Of a DNA stretch of 64,000 nucleotides, positions 9,349 to 19,245 are shown in pieces. The stretch spans positions 1,569,169 to 1,633,168 of the forward strand of contig OZ245013.1 of the NCBI GenBank assembly GCA_965223675.1, written 5' to 3'. The translations under genes and the position numbers were made by a program. Below the pieces are notes generated by a model, which was given only the letters and a program-made list of their open reading frames with translations, was not told the origin of the DNA and ran no database searches. Source of the DNA: Nitrospirales bacterium (lineage in GTDB: Bacteria; Nitrospirota; Nitrospiria; Nitrospirales; UBA8639). Within the stretch, counting starts at the first letter, position 1. Each line of letters begins with the position of its first letter.

Positions 9349-10143
9349 TTATGAAGAGTCAAGGGAAACGTCCCTTTCCAATTCCCACAATTTTGCATAC
9401 TTGACGAATGTATAATAGGCATACAATCCGGATAAAATAAGACCAGGCTTCCCATCAAGAAACCCACGGCGTAACACGTACATCTTAAAAAATGTAAAGA
9501 GTGGATGAGACAGAAGTTGATGCACGTAAAATCGGCGACCTCTTTTTTTCATCTCCTCTGACATCAACGACGAATATCGATCCATTTTCATGAAATACTG
9601 ATTGATATCACGAAATGGATATTGCTTTACATGGCTGGTAAAGTATCCCACAGGACCCGAGACTTCGAAACTCTCATGAACAAGGTCTTCTCGATATCGC
9701 ATGTGTGCTTTATGAAAAAATTGAGGTTGACGATAGTCGGGATACCACCCACAATGGGTAATCCATCGGCCAAGAAAGTAATTCAGGCGGGGAATAAAAT
9801 AGGCATGGACATCAGAAGCATGAGATAGCTTATGACGAATTTCTTCATAGAGTTCAGGCGTCGCTCGTTCATCCGTATCTAAACTCAATACCCAATCGTA
9901 CGTGGCGTGGGCCATGGCTTCATTCCGCAAGCGCCCAAACCCATGAAATTCATGTTGATAGATTTTGTCCGTGTATTCCAGACTAATTTTAGCTGTTTGA
10001 TCAGTACTATAAGAATCAACCACGATAATTTCATCGGCCCAATACAAGCTTTCTAGGCATGCACGCATGTTTGCTTCATCATTATAGGCAATGACAACAG
10101 CAGACACCCTATGAGATTCCGATGACATCGATCGCGTTTTCAA
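9349..10143 (-). CDS. GT2 glycosyltransferase, WaaE/KdtX-like (paralog of 7018-7794)
   Basis: VSAVVIAYNDEANM...IIVVDSYSTDQT...SLDTDE. It has the same length and architecture as 7018-7794. Confidence 0.8.
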   Translation of the reverse strand: MKTRSMSSESHRVSAVVIAYNDEANMRACLESLYWADEIIVVDSYSTDQTAKISLEYTDKIYQHEFHGFGRLRNEAMAHATYDWVLSLDTDERATPELYEEIRHKLSHASDVHAYFIPRLNYFLGRWITHCGWYPDYRQPQFFHKAHMRYREDLVHESFEVSGPVGYFTSHVKQYPFRDINQYFMKMDRYSSLMSEEMKKRGRRFYVHQLLSHPLFTFFKMYVLRRGFLDGKPGLILSGLYAYYTFVKYAKLWELERDVSLDSS

Positions 10144-10164
10144 CAGGAGTCGTTGGCTTCAATC

Positions 10165-11250
10165 TCATGCTTGGGTTGAGAAAACATTCGACTGTTCCAG
10201 CATTTCTTTCGCATGACTCAATACGTCCTGAACCGAAGTGGCCGTGAGACATTCCTTCTGATTGACATGATGGCAGACAGTTTTTCCACATGGACGACAA
10301 GGAAGCACAACATTCAGCACACGATGACCTGCAGATCCATAGGGCCCGGTCGCGACAGCATGAGTTGGACCAAAAATACCAAGAACCGGAACCCCCACCC
10401 CTGCCGCAATATGAATCGGAGCTGAATCGTTCGCGATTAACAAATTGGTAAGACGCAAAAGCGTTCCTAGCTGACGAAGGCGAAGCCTTCCTACCATATC
10501 GATGACCTTCTTTCCTCCAATGTGCGAAAACTTTTCCATCATCCACCTTTGAGACAGAGACCCCAATATCACCACTTTACAATTGGGCCAGTGACAAATT
10601 TCTTGAGCTGTGCTCACAAAACGATCGAGAGGCCAACACTTGACTTCTTCGCGGGATAATGGGGCCATGGCAATGAGTCGATCATGAGGTTGCACCTCAG
10701 CCTCTCGAAAACGTCGTGCGATATCTATTTGATCAGATTTTAAATCCGGAATAGTAAACGTCGGATCAGAAATATCCGCTCCAAGATACCCTGCAACAGA
10801 GAGGTTTCGATCAACGGCGTGCATGTCTAATAAACGCCAAGGACGATTCCGTGAAAGAGGCAACTCGACTCGCCTGGTATAAAACCATGGACTGCCTTCT
10901 CTTGCTGCTGCAAAACCAACTCGTTCGGTCGCGCCCGATAGCCGCGCTAACAGACCCGTTCGAAATAGACCTTGAAGATCCACGACCAAGTCGAATTTTC
11001 CCTTTCGCACCCGCCGAATTAAAGTCAGCCAATGACGGGGGCCAAAGCTTACAGGGATGACTTCATCAAGATCAGGATTCTCTTCCAGCATTTCTGCCCA
11101 TTCATGTTTAATGAGCCAGGCAATCCTTGCAGAAGGATAAAGCCGTCGTAATGCCGAAAGAGTTGGGAGCGCATGTACAACATCGCCCAATGAACTTGGC
11201 TTCAGGATAAGGATTCGTTTAGATGTGGAACTCATGTATCTGTCATGCAA
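10165..11250 (-). CDS. waaC: GT9 heptosyltransferase, WaaC (heptosyltransferase I)-like
   Basis: N-terminus RILILKPSSLGDVVHALPTLSAL resembles the WaaC signature (SSMGDVLHTLPAL). ANDSAPIHIAAG and a CRPCGKTVC...C cluster are present. The symbol is tentative. Confidence 0.7.
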   Translation of the reverse strand: MHDRYMSSTSKRILILKPSSLGDVVHALPTLSALRRLYPSARIAWLIKHEWAEMLEENPDLDEVIPVSFGPRHWLTLIRRVRKGKFDLVVDLQGLFRTGLLARLSGATERVGFAAAREGSPWFYTRRVELPLSRNRPWRLLDMHAVDRNLSVAGYLGADISDPTFTIPDLKSDQIDIARRFREAEVQPHDRLIAMAPLSREEVKCWPLDRFVSTAQEICHWPNCKVVILGSLSQRWMMEKFSHIGGKKVIDMVGRLRLRQLGTLLRLTNLLIANDSAPIHIAAGVGVPVLGIFGPTHAVATGPYGSAGHRVLNVVLPCRPCGKTVCHHVNQKECLTATSVQDVLSHAKEMLEQSNVFSTQA

Positions 11251-11346
11251 ATGTCGGCTTCAATTCGCATGCAACAAATTCTTCTTAAGAAAGGCAGAGT
11301 CAAAACCTCACAAGGGCTTACGACGAGGAACACAATATCTCTACTC

Positions 11347-11925
11347 TCACATCGTCCACTCTCTTTTTGGTGCATCTTGAAGAATCCATTCGACAGCCTG
11401 GCCGAAACTTAATGTAAAACATTCAATATTCAGGACTCCTTCTTTATGAGCTTGAACGGCTTCTTCGCTTATTGCACTACTCGAAACGAGCACGCCAATT
11501 GCTCCAATATTTTTGGCTAATTCCATATCGCTCCGTTTATCACCAACCACGTAACTGCGTGATACTCGAACCCCTAATGTCTCAACGGCTTGATGAACAA
11601 GTCCGGGGCTTGGCTTTCGACATGCACATCCCTCTTCAGGGAGATGAGGACAGAAAAATATACCATCCAACATTCCGCCACCCTGTCGTAACAACACTTG
11701 AAGTTTATCATGAATAGCGTGCAAGTCAGTTCTGGTAAAATAGGATCGACCGATCCCGGACTGATTCGTCACCAACACCACACAACAACCAGCTCGCTTG
11801 AGTTTGGCGACAGCCTCTACCACTCCAGGAAACAATACCAACATATCGGGACTTGCTAAATAGCCGGGATCGTCATTCAACGTTCCATCCCGATCAACAA
11901 ATACGGTAATGCCATCAAGAAGCAT
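11347..11925 (-). CDS. gmhB: D-glycero-D-manno-heptose 1,7-bisphosphate phosphatase
   Basis: HAD motif DRDGTLN, a Zn-binding CPHLPEEGCACRKP loop and a VGDKRSD motif. Confidence 0.85.
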   Translation of the reverse strand: MLLDGITVFVDRDGTLNDDPGYLASPDMLVLFPGVVEAVAKLKRAGCCVVLVTNQSGIGRSYFTRTDLHAIHDKLQVLLRQGGGMLDGIFFCPHLPEEGCACRKPSPGLVHQAVETLGVRVSRSYVVGDKRSDMELAKNIGAIGVLVSSSAISEEAVQAHKEGVLNIECFTLSFGQAVEWILQDAPKREWTM

Positions 11926-11926
11926 C

Positions 11927-12997
11927 TTAACCCGCTCCCTTTACTTGAAATTGACGCATTGCCATATCAAATGCTTGCTGGACCGAAACTTGCGACATAC
12001 AGCGATGATCAATGGGGCAGGAACGCAGAAAACATGGAGCACATCTCACGGAATGCTGAACGACGGCGTCTTCCATACCAAAGGGTGCGGTCTCTCGTGG
12101 ATTCGTTGATCCGAAAATGGCCACAAGAGGAACCTTAAAGGCCGCAGCGATATGCATAGGTCCCGTGTCATTCGTGACGAAGAGGGAACATCGCTTGATG
12201 ATCACCATGAGTTCTCGAAGAGTTGTTTTCCCAGAAAGGATGATGGGGTGCACGTTCATCCGCGAAGCAATCGCATATGCGAGAGACTCTTCATCCTTCC
12301 CTCCTACAATGACACATTTTATTTTCGCATTAAAGCCGACGAACTCTGGAACATGTTCCATGATACGATCTGCCAGCTCAGCAAATCGATCAGGCAACCA
12401 CCTCTTTGACGACCCATACACGGCTCCAGGATTCAGGCCGATGATATATTCATCTTCTCGTGAAACGAGTTCAGGAAATCGTTCATTCACATTTGTCTCA
12501 TCTTCATGTAAAATCTTAAGTTGCAGCCCACGAGATCTACTTCGTCCTACAACCCGGTGAATCAAAGACTGATAATACTGAACCTGATGCACGTCATGTT
12601 GTTTAGATGAAACCGTCACGGCATTGGAAAGCAAAAAACTCCTTCCATCCGTTCCATATCCCCAGCGATGTGGAATTCCTGCGAAAAAGGTAAGAATGGC
12701 CGCTTCAAACGCATTCTGAAATAGAATAGCAATTTGAAAACGATGGCGGCGCAATTGCTCAATAAGCTTGAACTTCCCGAAGAGTCCAGCATGAGCCTGT
12801 TGATATTGATAGACGAGAACGCTATCGATTCCTGGGTGATCTCTTAACAAATCTGCAATCGCTGGCCGTGCCCACAACGTTATGTTGGCTTTCGGATAGG
12901 ACTCTCGTAGGTCCATCAAGGCCGGCGTACACATCACAGCATCACCGATCCAATTGGGAGCCCTGACAACAATTTCTGAAATCTCTTGGTCATCCAT
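11927..12997 (-). CDS. waaF: GT9 heptosyltransferase, WaaF (heptosyltransferase II)-like
   Basis: N-terminus VVRAPNWIGDAVMCTPAL resembles the WaaF signature (GPSWVGDMMMS). TNDTGPMHIAAA and a CAPCFLRSC...C cluster are present. The symbol is tentative. Confidence 0.75.
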   Translation of the reverse strand: MDDQEISEIVVRAPNWIGDAVMCTPALMDLRESYPKANITLWARPAIADLLRDHPGIDSVLVYQYQQAHAGLFGKFKLIEQLRRHRFQIAILFQNAFEAAILTFFAGIPHRWGYGTDGRSFLLSNAVTVSSKQHDVHQVQYYQSLIHRVVGRSRSRGLQLKILHEDETNVNERFPELVSREDEYIIGLNPGAVYGSSKRWLPDRFAELADRIMEHVPEFVGFNAKIKCVIVGGKDEESLAYAIASRMNVHPIILSGKTTLRELMVIIKRCSLFVTNDTGPMHIAAAFKVPLVAIFGSTNPRETAPFGMEDAVVQHSVRCAPCFLRSCPIDHRCMSQVSVQQAFDMAMRQFQVKGAG

Positions 12998-13069
12998 TTC
13001 ACTACGACACTCAACACAAACACTCTCGGTCAGACCGAACCATAAACACCATACATGGTTCCGCGCAGT

Positions 13070-14176
13070 TTACGAACCCATCGAAATACGTCCTAACATT
13101 GTTAACAGCTGCTCTTCACCCTTTTGAATGTTGGTCTCTAAACGAATGGCCCACCAATCTTTATCTTCCTTGAGGAGCGGAGTAAGTTTCACACTGTCTT
13201 TTTCAGTCGTCACAATAATTTCAGCCTTCCGTCGTTGAGCCTGGCGCCTTATCGCGTCAAGACTATCATCCGAGTAGGAAAAATGATCAGGAAACGCAAA
13301 CGTCTCTAAAATGGTCACCCCCATTTGTTGAACGGTTTGCCGAAAGGACAGAGCATTCCCGATTCCACTCACAATGACGGCATGTTTCCCAGAAAACCAA
13401 TCTCCAGATTGAACCTGACCCGTTCTCACATTTATCACTTCACATGGAAAAAATTGGACATGAATGGGAGAAATGCTCTTTCCAAGCCCAGATTGCAAGG
13501 TATTCAGCACGGCGGACGGCCTTGATGCCTGGTCCATTCGAGTCAAAAGAATAGCCGTGGCTCGTCGTGCCTCACAGATCGGCTCTCTCAGCCGGCCGAC
13601 CGGCAACATCCCGGCTAATCCTCGTTCATCTAAAGCATCAACAAGCAGAAGATTGCAATCGCGATGGAGTCGTAAATGTTGAAATCCATCGTCTAACACG
13701 AAACAGTCTACATCGACTTGATTGAGTACCCATAGGCCTAATTCGTAACGTTTTTTCCCCACAGCTATCACAACCTCTGGACAGCGTTGTGCCATTAAAA
13801 ATGGTTCATCACCACCTTCAGCAGGACTCGTGAGGCACTTCTGGCCATCTGAGACAAGCAGAAATTCACTGGCATGTTTTCGACGGTATCCTCTGCTCAA
13901 TATCGCAACACGTTTCCCACGACCCCGTAACCAATTGGCTACCCACATGACAATCGGTGTCTTTCCAGTTCCTCCTACCGTAAGATTTCCAACACTGATG
14001 ACCGGACGTGGAAGACGATGCTGTGTTAACCACCCGTGTTCATACAATTGGTTTCGGCCTCGAATGAGTAAACCATACGGAACGGTGAGAGCATTGAGCA
14101 GGAATGGGCAATAACTCTGACACCAGGAAAGATCTTTATCTGTTGAAGATTCAACGTCTGTCACCATGATAGACAA
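13070..14176 (-). CDS. lpxK: tetraacyldisaccharide 4'-kinase
   Basis: P-loop VGNLTVGGTGKTP and DDGFQH motif. Confidence 0.9.
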   Translation of the reverse strand: MSIMVTDVESSTDKDLSWCQSYCPFLLNALTVPYGLLIRGRNQLYEHGWLTQHRLPRPVISVGNLTVGGTGKTPIVMWVANWLRGRGKRVAILSRGYRRKHASEFLLVSDGQKCLTSPAEGGDEPFLMAQRCPEVVIAVGKKRYELGLWVLNQVDVDCFVLDDGFQHLRLHRDCNLLLVDALDERGLAGMLPVGRLREPICEARRATAILLTRMDQASRPSAVLNTLQSGLGKSISPIHVQFFPCEVINVRTGQVQSGDWFSGKHAVIVSGIGNALSFRQTVQQMGVTILETFAFPDHFSYSDDSLDAIRRQAQRRKAEIIVTTEKDSVKLTPLLKEDKDWWAIRLETNIQKGEEQLLTMLGRISMGS

Positions 14177-14196
14177 CTCATATCACCAAGAACTGG

Positions 14197-15615
14197 CTAT
14201 GGAGAAGCGATTGACGTACGGCACGTTGATGTTCCAACAGGGTTAGGCTTACCAGACTCTAGCACAGAACAAATTCGTTCAAAATTTTTTTCCACCGCCC
14301 CCCGGTGCGAAAGGAGAACCTTTTTGGCTGCCTGACCAGCCTGTTGGGTCCAGGAACGATCATGATACGCCTGCATGATTCGTTCATAGAGTTCTTGTTC
14401 GTTTTTGACGGCTATCCCTCCACCAGCATCACACAAGAGTGTAGCGACCTCAGCACAATGGTCAGTATATGGACCAAAGAGAACAGGGATCCCCCAACGG
14501 GCGGGCTCCAACAGATTGTGCCCACCGACTGGCGTTAAGGTCCCCCCCACAAAGGCCAACCACCCTAACGCATACATGGAGGCCAACTCTCCCCTGGTAT
14601 CAAGGATAATGACGCAGCCTCTCTCTCTGTGCTTGTTGATATCTTGAGAGAGCTGCAGTTGACTTTTACGCGAACAGGATAATCCATAATTCCGTATTTT
14701 CTCTTCGACTTTCTGAACGCGTTCAATATGTCGAGGGGCAATCAGAAGAACAAGATTGGAGATTTTTTCACGTAAGCGTTTGTAGCAACGTAAGAGTTGA
14801 TCTTCTTCATCTGAATGGGTACTACCCGCCACAAGCAACTCTTCATCGTCCGCTAAATCAATTATCGCACGCGAGACCATGGTTGTATCGACGACAGTTT
14901 CATCGCTCACTTGATCAAATTTCATATTTCCGCTGCAAGATACGATCTCAGGATTCGCTCCAAGCTCTATGATTCGCTGCGCATCACGCTCAGACTGCAT
15001 GAGAAACATCGTCACGGAAGAGAGCACGTGCTTCATAAATCCTCGAATATAACGATAACGCTTAAACGAATTTGACGAAAGACGACCATTCACGAGAATG
15101 ATCGGTGTGCGGAGACGACTAAGTGCCTTGAAAAGATTCGGCCATATCTCTGTTTCAACTACAAGGAGAAGACTGGGTTGCAAACACCGCACATACGCAC
15201 GAACAGCCCAAGGAAAATCTAATGGGAAATAGCAGTGAGTCGCAAAGCCCGCCAATCGTTGCTCGACAGCTTCTCGCCCGGTTTCAGTCACGGTAGAGAC
15301 CACAAGAGAACAATGAGGATACTGCTTAGATAAGGCTTTCACGAGGGGATCAACAGCCACAACTTCGCCAAGCGAAACAGCATGGACCCAGATGACTGGA
15401 GACTCAAGATTTCGAAGGTGGGCTGGAAGCAAACCAAGACGTTGCAGAACGCCGCGACGGCACCGGGGTTTCGCGATAAGTATCAACACAATCAATGGAG
15501 AGGCGATCATGAGAATCCCATTGTACAAGATGTGCCACACTATGCCCCTCACATATTGAACGAAATTGTCGCGTGACGCCTCATTCACTGAGAAAACAAA
15601 ATATAAAAATGTCAC
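14197..15615 (-). CDS. waaA: 3-deoxy-D-manno-octulosonic acid (Kdo) transferase
   Basis: N-terminal membrane helix, WVHAVSLGE motif and ETEIWPN motif of the GT30 Kdo transferases. The exact start is uncertain. Confidence 0.9.
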   Translation of the reverse strand: MTFLYFVFSVNEASRDNFVQYVRGIVWHILYNGILMIASPLIVLILIAKPRCRRGVLQRLGLLPAHLRNLESPVIWVHAVSLGEVVAVDPLVKALSKQYPHCSLVVSTVTETGREAVEQRLAGFATHCYFPLDFPWAVRAYVRCLQPSLLLVVETEIWPNLFKALSRLRTPIILVNGRLSSNSFKRYRYIRGFMKHVLSSVTMFLMQSERDAQRIIELGANPEIVSCSGNMKFDQVSDETVVDTTMVSRAIIDLADDEELLVAGSTHSDEEDQLLRCYKRLREKISNLVLLIAPRHIERVQKVEEKIRNYGLSCSRKSQLQLSQDINKHRERGCVIILDTRGELASMYALGWLAFVGGTLTPVGGHNLLEPARWGIPVLFGPYTDHCAEVATLLCDAGGGIAVKNEQELYERIMQAYHDRSWTQQAGQAAKKVLLSHRGAVEKNFERICSVLESGKPNPVGTSTCRTSIASP

Positions 15616-15640
15616 ATGCCATTAACCAATAAGCTCATGG

Positions 15641-16305
15641 TCATATGTTCTCTTGAGAAACAGTTTCATCAGCTGTCCGAGTGATCTGATTCAATGACTG
15701 TTCAAGTTCAAGCCGTTTCCTCTCAAGGGTGTCACGAGAAGAATCAGCTTCGACCCAAATAGGCGCCCCCCAGATATACAAAGCCTTCGCATAGGGATAT
15801 GGGATCATAAACTGATCCCAGCTAGAGAAAAGTTTTTTTTTGAGTAGGCCACGGTGACAGGAACAACTGGCAATCCCGTTAATTTCGCGAGATGAATCAC
15901 ACCTTCTTGGACTTTCCATTTTGGTCCCTTCGGACCATCTGGCGTCACCACAAGATCAGCTCCTTGTCGCCCATATCGAACTAACTGTCGAAGGGCCAGT
16001 CCTCCGCCCCTTGTGGTTGACCCCCTCACCGATTGAAAACCAAATTGACGAATCACTCGATGAATCATCTCACCATCCCTGTGTTGACTAATTAAAATAT
16101 AGGCTCGTTTTCCTCGATAGACGAAAGGCATCATGAGTTGCCGACCATGCCAGAACGCAAAAATGATAGACGTGCCTTTTTGGTACAGCATCTGAACAAC
16201 CTCTTCCCCGATTTTCGATATCGTTAACGAACGATTGAGGCATCGAAGCATTCCTGACCCTAAAACAGGAACGATTTGGACCTTGACCCATTGACGAATT
16301 GTCAT
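15641..16305 (-). pseudogene. DUF374-family (lysophospholipid acyltransferase-like) gene split by a frameshift in an A9 tract
   Basis: Two overlapping ORFs (15805-16305 and 15641-15919) together give one continuous DUF374-like sequence (...VTVAYSKK|KLFSSWDQFMIPYPYAK...). The break lies exactly at the T9 (plus strand) / A9 (coding strand) run at 15833-15841. Confidence 0.8.
15833..15841 (-). repeat. A9 homopolymer (coding strand) at the DUF374 frameshift site
   Basis: Counted directly: plus strand ...agTTTTTTTTTgag.... Confidence 0.95.
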
Positions 16306-16309
16306 CGAT

Positions 16310-18067
16310 TCAAACCGTATTTGGTTCCAACGTGTCCATCAGAGTGTGCTCGAATTGCGTATGATAGAGTCGCGTATACACACCATCGCGTTTAAGCAAC
16401 TGAGCATGGGTTCCTTCCTCAACAATCCGGCCATGTTCTAACACGACGATTCGATCCGCATGTTGGACCGTAGACAGTCGGTGTGCAATCACTAAGGTCG
16501 TTCGATGACTCATCAAATTTGATAGTGCTGCTTGTACGAGTTTTTCAGACTCTGAGTCTAACGCTGAAGTCGCTTCATCAAGGATTAAAATAGGGGGATC
16601 TCGCAAAAGAGCTCGCGCAATCGCCAGACGTTGCCGCTGACCGCCAGAAAGTTTTACACCATCTTCGCCCACAAGCGTATGGAGCTGATTTGGCAATCGC
16701 TCAATGAACTCCCAGGCAAAGGCGGCTTTTGCAGCATGAATGACATCTTGCTCACGAGCTTCAGGACGTCCATACGCAATATTGTTTCGTATGGTATCAT
16801 CAAATAAGATGGTCTCTTGTGTCACAATTCCGATTTGTCTTCGCAACGAAGCTCGACTGGCCTCTCGAATATCGCGACCATCAATTAATATCATCCCACC
16901 TGACGGTCGATAAAATCGTGGAACTAAACTGACCAATGTTGACTTACCACTCCCACTGCTTCCGACTAAAGCCACGACCTCTCCCACTTGAACGGTGAGT
17001 GAGATATGTTCGACTGCCGGCGGCTCGCTGCTTTCGTACGAAAATGTCACATCACGAAATTCTAACGATTGCGCAATTGCGGGTAGAGTGAATTTTCCCT
17101 GCTCTCTATCAAATTCATTCTCCAAATCCAAGACATCAAATACTCGTTTTGATGCTGCTAGAGCTCGTTGAATCGCTAGATTGGCTCCAGAAAGACGCCG
17201 AATCGGGGCATAGGCCATAAACATGGCCGCGAAGAATGAGGAGAACTCTCCAGGCGTCATGGCTCCTATACCAATGAGATATCCTCCATACCATGTGATG
17301 ACAACCGTACCACTCACTCCAATAATTTCCATTAAAGGAGAAGATAAGGCTGAAACCTGGGCTGACTTTTGACTTGCTGATCGGTAGGCACGATTGGTCT
17401 TTTCAAATCTCTGAGTTTCTGACTCCTCTCGCCCGTAAGCTTTGACCAGACGAATTCCAGTAAATGCCTCTTTGAGAACCGTCGCCATATCACCCATGCT
17501 CTCTTGGCCACGAGTGGCTAATTTTCTCAATCGCCTTCCAATTCGAACTATCACCAAAGCCGAAGCTGGGATGATGATGAGCAAGATCGTCGCCAGCTTC
17601 CAATTCTGATAAAACACCACACCTAAGAGCGCGACAAACGTCAAGCCCTGTTGAAAAAGATCTTTCATGACACTTGGAATGGCATTTGCCATTTCATTGA
17701 CATCATTGATCACGCGGGCCACTAATCGTCCCGAGGCATTGGTATCATGAAACCTCACGGGTAACCGCAGGACTTGCACGAAAAGCTGGTGTCGAACATC
17801 TGCAACAATCCAGTTGCCGACATAACTCATATAGTACGCTTGACCGTAAGCAAAACTGGCTTTCAACACAGCCACTCCCAAAATAATGGCAGGCAGAATG
17901 CGGAATAGATACTCATCCTGGGCGATAAAAATATCGTCCATCAGCGGCTGCACCAGCCACGCATACACAGCTTGTAAGCCTGCCACCCCCATAGAACAGA
18001 TTAATGCCACCAAAAGCCGAAATCTATACACATGAACATATTGGAGTAATCGTAGAAAAATCTTCAC
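16310..18067 (-). CDS. msbA: lipid A export ABC transporter (fused permease/ATPase)
   Basis: Six-helix TMD followed by Walker A GSSGSGKST, signature LSGGQRQR and Walker B ILILDEATS. It sits between lpxB and waaA. Confidence 0.9.
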   Translation of the reverse strand: MKIFLRLLQYVHVYRFRLLVALICSMGVAGLQAVYAWLVQPLMDDIFIAQDEYLFRILPAIILGVAVLKASFAYGQAYYMSYVGNWIVADVRHQLFVQVLRLPVRFHDTNASGRLVARVINDVNEMANAIPSVMKDLFQQGLTFVALLGVVFYQNWKLATILLIIIPASALVIVRIGRRLRKLATRGQESMGDMATVLKEAFTGIRLVKAYGREESETQRFEKTNRAYRSASQKSAQVSALSSPLMEIIGVSGTVVITWYGGYLIGIGAMTPGEFSSFFAAMFMAYAPIRRLSGANLAIQRALAASKRVFDVLDLENEFDREQGKFTLPAIAQSLEFRDVTFSYESSEPPAVEHISLTVQVGEVVALVGSSGSGKSTLVSLVPRFYRPSGGMILIDGRDIREASRASLRRQIGIVTQETILFDDTIRNNIAYGRPEAREQDVIHAAKAAFAWEFIERLPNQLHTLVGEDGVKLSGGQRQRLAIARALLRDPPILILDEATSALDSESEKLVQAALSNLMSHRTTLVIAHRLSTVQHADRIVVLEHGRIVEEGTHAQLLKRDGVYTRLYHTQFEHTLMDTLEPNTV

Positions 18068-19206
18068 CGCTGAACCTCTGCCAACACTTGTTCGGCAGCA
18101 CGCCGAGAAGCCCCTGGAGTCCCAAGAGCTGTTCGAACCTCTCCAAACCGAACGGCCATTTCATCAAGAAACTGGGGATTGTGTAAGAGCCTTAGAGCCT
18201 CGGGAACCAATCGTTTGACCGTCATTTCATGTTGAATCAATTCCGGGACAATGAGGCGACCTGCCACGATATTCACCAATCCAATATAAGGAATTTTGAT
18301 GACACTCCGGGCTATGGCGTACGTTAACCAGGAAACTCGATACAAGATAAGCATAGGCGTTCCAATAATAGCCGCTTGAAGTGTCGCAGTTCCGGAAGCC
18401 ACAAATAACAGATCAGACGCCGCCATCACTTCGTTCGGCTGACCGTCGATAACAGAGACCCGTAAACTCTTGTAAGCATTCACCATACCATGAATAGCCG
18501 CTTCTGACACCGAGGGTGATTTAGCAATGATGATATGCATTTTGGGAAACGCCTTCTTCACTTCCCAAGCTGATTCGAGCATCGTCGGAAGACAACGCTC
18601 CACCTCATGTTCTCGACTCCCTGGAAGAAGACCTAACACACGGGAATCCTCTGGCACATCTAATCGCTTGCGAACCGTCGACTTGTCATACGCAGGCTGC
18701 ATTGCATCTAGAAGTGGATGACCAACGAAATTGCATGGGATTCCAGCTTGACGATATATGGGTTCTTCGAACCGAAAAATCACAATTACGCGACTAACTG
18801 TTCGCCTGATCACATTGAGACGTCGTTTTCCCCATGCCCAAATTTGGGGAGCAATGTAATAAATGACATGCTGGCCTGCTTTAGCAGCTGTTTTGGCCAA
18901 ACGAAGATTCATGCCAGGACTATCGATGAAGACAACAGCATCATAGCGTTCATGTCTCAGGACTTTCTTTAAACGCTGCAATATTTGTAATCCCTGACAT
19001 AATTGCTGAAAACCTGGCACTCCAATCGCATCGACGCGCTCTATCCCCGGAATTAACCGGACACCTTCCGCCATCATCTGTTGCCCCCCAACACCATCAA
19101 TATGAATCTGAGGGTGTAAGCCATGAAGCTCCTTCGCCAAATTTGCGCCATGCAAATCACCTGAGGCCTCTCCGGTCACGATGAGAATTCGTGGTGTAGG
19201 TGTCAC
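18064..19206 (-). CDS. lpxB: lipid-A-disaccharide synthase
   Basis: ILIVTGEASGDLHGANL N-terminal motif of GT19. A 4-nt overlap couples it to msbA. Confidence 0.9.
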   Translation of the reverse strand: MTPTPRILIVTGEASGDLHGANLAKELHGLHPQIHIDGVGGQQMMAEGVRLIPGIERVDAIGVPGFQQLCQGLQILQRLKKVLRHERYDAVVFIDSPGMNLRLAKTAAKAGQHVIYYIAPQIWAWGKRRLNVIRRTVSRVIVIFRFEEPIYRQAGIPCNFVGHPLLDAMQPAYDKSTVRKRLDVPEDSRVLGLLPGSREHEVERCLPTMLESAWEVKKAFPKMHIIIAKSPSVSEAAIHGMVNAYKSLRVSVIDGQPNEVMAASDLLFVASGTATLQAAIIGTPMLILYRVSWLTYAIARSVIKIPYIGLVNIVAGRLIVPELIQHEMTVKRLVPEALRLLHNPQFLDEMAVRFGEVRTALGTPGASRRAAEQVLAEVQR

Positions 19207-19245
19207 AGATATTAACTCAGGTTACCACTGTGTCAGGCAACACAA

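Noticed and set aside
9324-9467. Apparent 119-nt overlap between the GT4 gene (track start 9467) and the upstream GT2 gene.
   Set aside because: The extra N-terminal residues (MGFLMGSLVLFYPDCMPIIH...) precede the conserved GT4 N-terminus (RILHTESSMGLGGQE). This is an over-extended ORF call, not a real overlapping gene.
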